DNA from: a virus
Taxonomy: Duplodnaviria; Heunggongvirae; Uroviricota; Caudoviricetes
Reading direction: 5' to 3' (one strand)
IMG/VR virus record: IMGVR_UViG_3300038393_000804
Coordinates: 147,598-211,597 of that record
Length of the DNA stretch: 64,000 nucleotides
Made by a program: the position numbers and the translations under genes. The notes under the pieces are model-generated. The model was not told the origin of the DNA, did no database searches, and saw only the letters and a list, made by a program, of their open reading frames with translations. Below, in pieces: positions 57,154 to 64,000 of this stretch; position 1 is the first letter of the stretch; each line of letters starts with the position of its first letter.

Positions 57154-58017
57154 TTGGATACAGCACAGATTCGAAAAGAGATTCAAAAGATTAACGAGAA
57201 GTATGGGGATATGAATCTCGTTGATATGGTGCATCAATTCCTTGTGGAAGAAGACCAAGCTAATCAGCAAAAGCGTTATGAAGATGGAAGGATTGGAAAG
57301 TTCTATCCATCATCAGTAGGGAAATGCAAGCGTCTGATTGCTTATCAAATGATGGGTTACCCAGGTAAGCCTAAGCAAGGAAGAAACATCCTAATCCTTG
57401 ATAACGGTACTTACTTTCATGAAAGAATGGAAGCGACCTTCGAGAGAATGGGAATCATGATTGCGCCCGAACTAAAACTAAAAGATGAGAAGCTTCGCAT
57501 ATCAGGACGAAGCGACGCTATCGTTTGGAACTTCATGAAGAAACCCGACGATGTCATTGAGGATGACAAGGTGATTAAGCTATACAAGCCTGTCTATGAT
57601 GAAGAGGGAAATGAAACTGGAGAAGAGTTAGTATATGAAGGTCTTGCTTCTGATGTTTTAATTGTTGAGTTTAAATCAGCAAAAGAGAAAAGCTACAATG
57701 ACTACATCCCAAAGACAAAGCCAGATAAGAAACATGAGATGCAGTTACAGCTCTACTTCTTTCTGACAGGGATACGGGCAGGGCTAGTCTACTATGAAAA
57801 CAAAAACACCCAAGACCAAAAGTATTATTATGTCACATATAACCAAGCGATTGTGGATGAAATCGTGGCGGACATTGAGTTCGTTATTCATCATATTGAT
57901 AATGGGACTTTACCTGACCGCGAATATCAACCTACTTCTTTTGAATGTCGCTATTGTGATTACCGTGATATTTGTCATCCTGTTATAAACAGCTATAATT
58001 TGGAAGAGCTATTTTAG
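57154..58017 (+). CDS. Cas4-like PD-(D/E)XK exonuclease with Fe-S ligands
   Basis: PSSVGKC, ISGRSD, IVEFKS, QLQLY, C-terminal CRYCDYRDIC; no CRISPR array or other cas genes. Confidence 0.85.
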   Translation: MDTAQIRKEIQKINEKYGDMNLVDMVHQFLVEEDQANQQKRYEDGRIGKFYPSSVGKCKRLIAYQMMGYPGKPKQGRNILILDNGTYFHERMEATFERMGIMIAPELKLKDEKLRISGRSDAIVWNFMKKPDDVIEDDKVIKLYKPVYDEEGNETGEELVYEGLASDVLIVEFKSAKEKSYNDYIPKTKPDKKHEMQLQLYFFLTGIRAGLVYYENKNTQDQKYYYVTYNQAIVDEIVADIEFVIHHIDNGTLPDREYQPTSFECRYCDYRDICHPVINSYNLEELF

Positions 58018-58045
58018 GATAGAGCCGCCACCTCTGGACAACATA
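58017..58045 (+). promoter_or_regulatory. Possible sigmaG/sigmaF-type forespore promoter
   Basis: GGATA-17 nt-CAACATA upstream of the SASP SD; fits gnATr...cAtnnTA loosely. Confidence 0.35.
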
Positions 58046-58065
58046 ACTTAAAGGAGGTGGATAAC

Positions 58066-58257
58066 ATGGCATCTAACAACCGAAATAGTTTGATTGTTCC
58101 TGGTGTTGAATCTGCTCTTAACCAAATGAAGTTTGAAATTGCCTCAGAGTTTGGAGTCCAGCTCGGAGCGGAATCAACTGCTCGTGCTAACGGTTCCGTT
58201 GGCGGGGAGATTACCAAACGTCTTTGTGCAATGGCTTACTCAGGGATTCACCGATAG
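58066..58257 (+). CDS. ssp: Alpha/beta-type small acid-soluble spore protein
   Basis: [42 protein letters not shown]; SD AAAGGAGGTG. Confidence 0.93.
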   Translation: MASNNRNSLIVPGVESALNQMKFEIASEFGVQLGAESTARANGSVGGEITKRLCAMAYSGIHR

Positions 58258-58302
58258 AAGATAATAACACTAACAACCAATTCATAAAAAATACGATTAG
58301 AA

Positions 58303-58335
58303 AAGCAGCTTACTTGGGACGGTAGGCTGCTTCTC
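58303..58335. terminator. Probable bidirectional terminator
   Basis: GCAGCTTAC...GTAGGCTGC between convergent genes. Confidence 0.55.
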
Positions 58336-58340
58336 TGTTA

Positions 58341-58535
58341 TTATTTACTTTTATCAATCAATACATAATTATAGAACGCCCATAGAGCAGCGACCATCGC
58401 GCCCTCATAGATGATGGTTGCAACAAGTACTACCATCGGAATCTTTCCTACTGCTAAATAAGTAAAGCCAACTACAATAGCCGTCATAATCATGGTTGTT
58501 AAAACCCATAGTATGATTCCAGTAGATTCCTTCAT
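58341..58535 (-). CDS. Two-TM membrane protein
   Basis: Two hydrophobic helices. Confidence 0.65.
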   Translation of the reverse strand: MKESTGIILWVLTTMIMTAIVVGFTYLAVGKIPMVVLVATIIYEGAMVAALWAFYNYVLIDKSK

Positions 58536-58924
58536 TCTTCTTCCTCCTCGAACATTGCGATAATATCCAAGTCTTCATCGTATCGGCTCATGTCAATGGT
58601 ACGGTGATTATCCTTTACATGATTCCAGAAGATAGTGATGATACGCTCAGAGGCTATCTCGACTACCACACATGGAACCCAGTTATGTATCGGTGTCTCA
58701 CTGCGGAACAGTAAACGACTATGTCCATTCCGACAATGGTATTCTATTAAGCTACCATATTCAATGGCCTCAATAATATCAGACAAAGTACCGCCGCGCT
58801 TTTCCATCTGTTGACGTACATGCCCACTCATTATCCATGACTTCCTCTTTACCAGTGAAGTAAAGAAGTCTACTTCCTCCAGCGACATTTGAGAGATGTG
58901 TTTACGGATGGATGATTGAGTCAT
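58532..58924 (-). CDS. DUF4258-like (BrnT/RelE-fold) protein
   Basis: SGHVRQQMEKRG..DIIEAI..VVE..RIITIF. Confidence 0.6.
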   Translation of the reverse strand: MTQSSIRKHISQMSLEEVDFFTSLVKRKSWIMSGHVRQQMEKRGGTLSDIIEAIEYGSLIEYHCRNGHSRLLFRSETPIHNWVPCVVVEIASERIITIFWNHVKDNHRTIDMSRYDEDLDIIAMFEEEEE

Positions 58925-59068
58925 GACGCTAACTCCTTCATTTTCCTTACAACGAATAAGTAGAACGTGTCGTTCTCATATACCCCTGTTAAGATTTCTT
59001 CTGTCTTTTTCATATCGTACTCTTCCCCTAATTGGTCCAACAGTTCATCTGTCAGGCTAACCACAGTG

Positions 59069-59620
59069 TTATTTCCCCCCGAAAATTTGGTTGTGTAGTT
59101 TTTTATTTGCCTTTAAAATATCAAGCTTCAAGGCATCTGTTGTTATCTTATGGTTATAAGCCACACGGATTAACGTAATGCCTTTCTTCTTGCAGGCTTC
59201 TTCCTTCAGTCTGTCGCACTCTTTGTAGTATTCGAAGTTCTTCTTCGACTTATGGATGTACTTATTGTACTCCTCGTGCTGCTTGCCATCGTATTCAAAG
59301 CCGAGTTTCAAGTCAGGATAGTATCGGTCCATCTGGAGCGGATATCCCTTCGGGCTTAATAGGAAGGAGTAATAACCATGATTAATATAGTCATGTCCTC
59401 CCAGTAACGAATCCAGAGCACGGAATAAAATAAGCTCACCCTGAGTGTTCTTGTTATCAGGGAACTTCTTACCACTAGAAGGTTTCTTTGTGGCTGTCTT
59501 CTTAGCCGCTGGCTTCTTCTTGACGGTCAAACGGCAGGTTGAACAAACCTTCGGCTTCTTCGTTGTATATTTAATTTCTTTTCCGCACTCTGTACAGTTC
59601 GTTACGTTAAGTTCTGTCAT
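59069..59620 (-). CDS. Vsr/DUF559-like endonuclease with N-terminal Zn ribbon
   Basis: CTEC..CSTC; LQMDRYYPDLKLGFEYDGKQH; KEEACKKKGITLIRV. Confidence 0.78.
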   Translation of the reverse strand: MTELNVTNCTECGKEIKYTTKKPKVCSTCRLTVKKKPAAKKTATKKPSSGKKFPDNKNTQGELILFRALDSLLGGHDYINHGYYSFLLSPKGYPLQMDRYYPDLKLGFEYDGKQHEEYNKYIHKSKKNFEYYKECDRLKEEACKKKGITLIRVAYNHKITTDALKLDILKANKKLHNQIFGGK

Positions 59621-60462
59621 GAATAAAAGCCCTCTTGTATTAGTTTTTCTACTGTTTCTTTTACGATGGCATCAGCTTTCTTGCGTTGGCGGAAGATGGT
59701 GTTAATATGAATGCCCATCATGTCGGCAATCTTTCCATCGCTCCAGCCGTCTTCGTAGTTCAGCTTGATAATCAAACGTTGCAGCTGAGATAATTCTTTA
59801 AACTCTTCTCCGCATGTGAACCCACGAACCCAGTTGATATCCAATTCTTCTTCCATCTGCATGATAGGAAGATTCATTAGGATACTGTCTTGTAATTCAA
59901 TCACGCTATCATCATCGCCAAGCAGGTCATCTGCTATACGAATCAGGCGGTCAGGATGTTTTACATACATTTCATCTGGTTGTAGTAACTTCTTGATAAA
60001 GTTGGCTACTTCAAATCGGTAGTAGTTGTAAAGGTATCCGTTGAAATCCACGTTCTTCTTTACCTTCTTGTACTTCTTGGCTACCTTCAGGAACATGGCT
60101 ACAAGCTCTTGGCGTAAGTCATCATCCGTCATAACACGTAATGAATGCTCCAGGTTCTGAAGCTTTCTCCGCGCTGCTTGTTGCGTTGGCTTGTACTGAT
60201 AAGCCTTTCTCATTTCCTTCCGCATGCAAGGGTCTTCAAGGAATAAAGAGATGAATAGGCGGCTGTCCCTGTCATTCAGGTCAAGCTTGCCATAGCGGAG
60301 CATCTTGAAGTACTTGCCTAAGTAAAGGCTTAGGTCTCTCTTCTTAGGATGCCCACCGTAGATTTCAAGGAGTTCCATTGCAGCTTCTTCGCTACCGTTT
60401 TGATAAGCAAATACCAACTCATCAATATTGTTGTCTGGGTTGTAGTTCTCTTTTCTCATCAT
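59617..60462 (-). CDS. Sigma-70 family RNA polymerase sigma factor (regions 2 and 4, no acidic region 1.1)
   Basis: LVFAYQNG..A..L, DDDLRQE..FL....KY...FNGYL, LSQLQRLIIKLNYEDGWSDGKIADMMGIH. Confidence 0.82.
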   Translation of the reverse strand: MMRKENYNPDNNIDELVFAYQNGSEEAAMELLEIYGGHPKKRDLSLYLGKYFKMLRYGKLDLNDRDSRLFISLFLEDPCMRKEMRKAYQYKPTQQAARRKLQNLEHSLRVMTDDDLRQELVAMFLKVAKKYKKVKKNVDFNGYLYNYYRFEVANFIKKLLQPDEMYVKHPDRLIRIADDLLGDDDSVIELQDSILMNLPIMQMEEELDINWVRGFTCGEEFKELSQLQRLIIKLNYEDGWSDGKIADMMGIHINTIFRQRKKADAIVKETVEKLIQEGFYS

Positions 60463-60471
60463 AATCGCTCC

Positions 60472-60939
60472 TTATTTTTGAGCGTCAAGAATATGACGGA
60501 AGCGCTGTACAATCCTTTTTACTTTCAAGTCTTCGTTGCTGCATAAGAAGTTCTCCATTAGTTCTTCTTCCGTAGGGAATGAAGCTCCTAATGTTGATGT
60601 CGGCCCGAAGATTAAATCCAAATCTTCTTCGCTTAGGTTGTCAAAGTAACCTTGCTCTTCTGATAAGAAGTCAAATAGATTTGCAAACCCGACACCTTCA
60701 TCTTCAAACAGACTGTCGATATCGCCATCAAAGTCTTCAAGGTTAATGACCCCAAGGAATACAACGTCATCATCAAAGTCGCCATCAAAATCCCCGATGA
60801 ATGACGTACCTTTGATAGAGCCTGTTGCTTCCAGGTCAAGCACCATGTCGATGATATCCTCTAATGCGTCCTCTTCCAACAAGTCAAGAAAGCTTTCAAG
60901 CGTTAAATCAACGCCCGCCTCACCTTTATAAATTCTCAT
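60472..60939 (-). CDS. Highly acidic protein
   Basis: About 41 D/E in 155 aa; no K/R between residues 44 and 138. Confidence 0.72.
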   Translation of the reverse strand: MRIYKGEAGVDLTLESFLDLLEEDALEDIIDMVLDLEATGSIKGTSFIGDFDGDFDDDVVFLGVINLEDFDGDIDSLFEDEGVGFANLFDFLSEEQGYFDNLSEEDLDLIFGPTSTLGASFPTEEELMENFLCSNEDLKVKRIVQRFRHILDAQK

Positions 60940-60967
60940 TATTAGCTCCTCCAGACGTATTCTTTAG

Positions 60968-61222
60968 CTACCATTTTAGTGTTTTGGTTGGTTTAATTTT
61001 AAATGTTGATTCCAATTCGGAATAGCAATCTTCGCACAAGTGAACTTCAAAGTCTTCCATATCGTACTTGGTTGAACCATATCCGAAGTCGGCAGTGATG
61101 ACAGCTGAATTAAAGTTGACCATGTCTTCGCCTAGTTCATACCTGCAAGACTTGCCGCACTTATTGCAAAGGACATCTGTTACAGTGTCTTTCTCAACTA
61201 ATTTTTTCTCCAGTATCTCCAT
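60968..61222 (-). CDS. Zn-binding hypothetical protein
   Basis: CNKC...FGYGSTKYD...LCEDC. Confidence 0.68.
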   Translation of the reverse strand: MEILEKKLVEKDTVTDVLCNKCGKSCRYELGEDMVNFNSAVITADFGYGSTKYDMEDFEVHLCEDCYSELESTFKIKPTKTLKW

Positions 61223-61694
61223 TGTCTTCCCCCGTAAAGTATGATACGCCAGCATAAGCAATGCCTATAGCATCGGCAATATCGTTTTCTTTGTCTGTCA
61301 ATTCCAGACCGTACACTTCATTTACCCAGTTAAGAGTATCTTCTTTCTTAGCATTACCTTTCCCATGGGTAATCTTTCTCCAAGAGCTGGGATGCATCAG
61401 TTCGAACGGCAAATCATATTGCCCTGCAAGCAGTACCATGAGTCCAGATGTACGAGCAAGCTTCTTTAATGTATCCTTATTGAGTCCACCATGTTGGTCT
61501 TCACATAGGATATATTCTACTGCACACTCTTCAATGACTTTAGCCAGTGTATTGTATTGCATTGCTGCCTGCTGTCCAATAGTCATCTTCTTCTTGTTTG
61601 GTTTGATTACTCCATAAGCAAGAAGTTCTCTGTGTTCATTCATTACTGCAAATCCACTTGAAGCAGTGGATGGGTCAATACCTAAAATGTTCAT
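61194..61694 (-). CDS. ruvC: RuvC-like Holliday junction resolvase
   Basis: ILGIDPS..SGFAV, LCEDQ, PSSWRK, GNAKKED, DIADAIGI. Confidence 0.88.
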   Translation of the reverse strand: MNILGIDPSTASSGFAVMNEHRELLAYGVIKPNKKKMTIGQQAAMQYNTLAKVIEECAVEYILCEDQHGGLNKDTLKKLARTSGLMVLLAGQYDLPFELMHPSSWRKITHGKGNAKKEDTLNWVNEVYGLELTDKENDIADAIGIAYAGVSYFTGEDNGDTGEKIS

Positions 61695-61709
61695 TGCCGT
61701 TTCCCCCGA

Positions 61710-62834
61710 TTACTTACGTCTTTTCTTTTTAAACTTCTTATCGCTAATTGTAGCTTGCGAAATCTTAGCCTCAGTAATTTCAGCTGATGCAAGTTCACCT
61801 TCTACAAAGTCTGCAATTGATTTTGGATTATTATTAATCACTGTTACTAAGTCAGTGTCCACTTCATAGGCTACTCCATCTACGACATCTAATGAATGAA
61901 GAATGTTGGACAGTTGTTTCTGGTCAATCCCTTTTGCCAGTACAACATAATGAAAATCTGGAGTAAAACCCTTGGCTACATAAGAACCAACATGACGATT
62001 CGCTGGTGCCTTGTATTCGCCGCCAAAATGAATTAACTCACGTTCATCTGATAGTCCTTCAATCGTGATGTCAGCATCGAATTCATAGGAGTGTACCGTT
62101 ACTACGGTATCATATACTTTTAGCATTTGTGTTATCATTACAATCCCTCCATACGTTATTTGTAACCACTATTGGTGGGTTTTGTAAAGATAAAAATAAA
62201 GAGAGGGTCAGTCCCTCTCCGTAAAGTCTAGCATGCTGTTGATAGCATTCTCAATGTATTCCTGAATATAGGTTTCTGCCCACTGAGGAATCTTATCATA
62301 GTCAATGCGGCCCAGGTAGAAGGCTCTTCGCAACTCTTCCTTCTTCTTGTACAATGGCTTGGATGCATCCTCTGCAAAGGTGTCGGCATAGCCAAAGTGC
62401 TTTAGCTGTTCTTCCGCCGCGTCCTCTACTGCTTCAATCGCCTTGTTAAGCTTTCCTACTAAGCTAGCAATTGCCTTTGATACAAAGCGCTCAGTGATAA
62501 GGTCACCGTACCGTACTTGAAGCTTAGGTTTAGATGCACCAATGGCTTCTTCAATCTGTTTAAGGATGTCTTCACCAGCAATGAATGTCTCCTGTTTGGA
62601 GTAAGCTTCGCCCTTATCAAAATCAATAGTGAATTCTTCTTCTTCATCTTCGTCCTCTTCTTCTACGTTAGAAGAGTCAGCCACACTGTTGAAGGTTTGG
62701 AACTTGCTCAAGTATCCTTCAATCTCTTTCTCGTCTTGTTCTTTAATGTATTCAAGTTCTTCTTTTGTTAATTCCCGCGTCTCTTCTTTTGGTACAAGCT
62801 CTACTACTTTGTTTTCATCTTTCTTCTTTGCCAT
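61710..62834 (-). CDS. Two hypothetical proteins (61710-62138, 62208-62834 acidic)
   Basis: SD-led minus-strand ORFs. Confidence 0.68.
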
Positions 62835-62845
62835 GATGATTCCCC

Positions 62846-63337
62846 CTATAATTCATCTGGACTAGCCAGCAATAAGTCTTTCACTGATTTGTTTGTAGGA
62901 TTCTTTGGAATGTGAAACTTCTCCTCCATGTGACCCTCGGATATACAATCACAGATATATCCATTCCATGTTGTGGATTGTCTTGATTGTGTTACGGACA
63001 CATTTGGAACGACGACTTCGTATTTCGATTCATGAGGCTTGATATGAATATTAAAAAAGTCTTGAGTAGCCATAATGCCACGGAAAGCAGACGGTTCGAG
63101 ATAAAGTGTAGACAGAAATCTACGACGGCGTGGAGCAAAGTAAGCAGGTAGTCGGTCTCCGAACGAGTAAATAGGCTCCCTTTCGACGACGAGCTGGTAC
63201 TCGACTGAGAGGACTTTAATCTCCTGACCGTTTCTTGTAGTGACCCAGATGTCGGCCATGGTGCTGTCGATGGATGCACCTTCTTCAACGTAGGTGTTGT
63301 ACACATTTAACCACTCCCAAAAGTAAAAGCCCACCAT
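62846..63337 (-). CDS. Beta-rich protein, weak tail-tube-like motif, ends in tag variant (copy 13)
   Basis: REPIYSFGDRLPAYFAPRRR; ends PTNKSVKDLLLASPDEL. Confidence 0.55.
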   Translation of the reverse strand: MVGFYFWEWLNVYNTYVEEGASIDSTMADIWVTTRNGQEIKVLSVEYQLVVEREPIYSFGDRLPAYFAPRRRRFLSTLYLEPSAFRGIMATQDFFNIHIKPHESKYEVVVPNVSVTQSRQSTTWNGYICDCISEGHMEEKFHIPKNPTNKSVKDLLLASPDEL

Positions 63338-63405
63338 AAGATGAGCTTGTTTAGTTACTTATATTATACTATTGGATGTCATAACTTACAATCATTTTAT
63401 GACGT

Positions 63406-63996
63406 TTATTTCCACGGGTTCTTGCGCCATTCTTTGTCTACCTTGCGGCGTTGTTCGCGTGGCTTAACAACCTTACCCTCTTTGGCTAGCTTCTCCATAC
63501 GAGCCTTAGCCATATCAATTAGGTTGTCATTGCTGCCCATGATGTTGACAGCTTCAGCAAGTCGTTGCTTCTCTGCTTCAGAATGAGTCTTGTCAATCAG
63601 GCGGCGTTGCTCACGGTTCAATGACACATAGTAAGCTTCAATAACAATAGAACCTTCAATGTCGATACCAGTCTGTACAACATCACACTTAGGACGGATA
63701 ACTTCTTTCGCCTTTAAGAATTCAATAACAGATTCCTGAGTCAGGATAGCTTTAATCTTTGCTACCTGCACTTCTGTATCTAGCTTATTCCATTCAGGTG
63801 TACGGTCAACTAAGTCATACACAGCTTTCTCTTGTGCCGCTTCTGGAAGCTTAACTACCTTTAAGATGGCAAGGATGGCTGGATTAGAAACGACGATGCG
63901 CTCCATCTTCATGTTAGCCATATCGTATTCAGCGATAAAGATACCACTCATTCCCTCAAATTCTTTTTCCCCTACGAGTGTTTTTTCTTCTGACAC
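63406..63996 (-). CDS. Hypothetical protein at window edge (start may be upstream)
   Basis: 196-aa ORF reaching the window end. Confidence 0.6.
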   Translation of the reverse strand: MSEEKTLVGEKEFEGMSGIFIAEYDMANMKMERIVVSNPAILAILKVVKLPEAAQEKAVYDLVDRTPEWNKLDTEVQVAKIKAILTQESVIEFLKAKEVIRPKCDVVQTGIDIEGSIVIEAYYVSLNREQRRLIDKTHSEAEKQRLAEAVNIMGSNDNLIDMAKARMEKLAKEGKVVKPREQRRKVDKEWRKNPWK

Positions 63997-64000
63997 GTTG

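Noticed and set aside
57154-58017. CRISPR-Cas locus
   Set aside because: Solo Cas4-like nuclease; no cas1/cas2 and no repeat-spacer array seen in the window.
58014-62931. Opposite-strand ORFs in the track overlapping recognised genes (e.g. 58014-58217, 59816-60022, 61261-61617; likewise 3966-4199, 9963-10181, 25365-25859)
   Set aside because: Fully antisense to well-supported genes, with no RBS and no recognisable motifs.

Overview
64 kb from a large double-stranded DNA phage infecting spore-forming Bacillota (Bacillus-like host inferred from TerD/TerC, class Ib RNR, DnaE, PcrA and alpha/beta SASP homologues and sigmaA-type promoters). No capsid, terminase or integrase genes are recognisable here; this is the replication, nucleotide-metabolism and accessory arm. 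Positions 1-55.7 kb are on the + strand; 55.7-64 kb is mostly on the - strand, with a small + island (Cas4-like nuclease, SASP). Recognisable genes: 5'-nucleotidase, terD-terD-terC-vWA, RNase HI, stand-alone OB domain, dnaE, nrdI-E-F-H, Acb2/Tad1-like hairpin protein, subtilase, ssb, recA, thyA, DHFR, pcrA, MazG-like pyrophosphatase, primase, family-4 UDG, 3D-domain and NlpC/P60-LysM wall enzymes, tmk, tdk, SNF2 helicase, nucleoside deoxyribosyltransferase, DGQHR/DndB-like protein, sigma factor and RuvC-like resolvase, plus four canonical tRNAs (Asn, Pro, Thr, Asp). Two patterns are not explained by this annotation. (1) About 13 small, otherwise dissimilar proteins end in the same C-terminal tag, N-x-x-A-x-x-L-L-x-x-[ED]-[WY]-stop; six are in a tandem array where the tag codons also form the next gene's Shine-Dalgarno site. 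(2) There is a rich non-coding RNA complement: four tRNA-shaped genes with altered anticodon or D arms, a ~650-nt ornate RNA (GOLLD/ROOL-like context), a 245-nt closed multibranch RNA, a pseudoknotted RNA and two candidate anti-Shine-Dalgarno sRNAs. All family calls come from motif recognition by eye; no database search was run.
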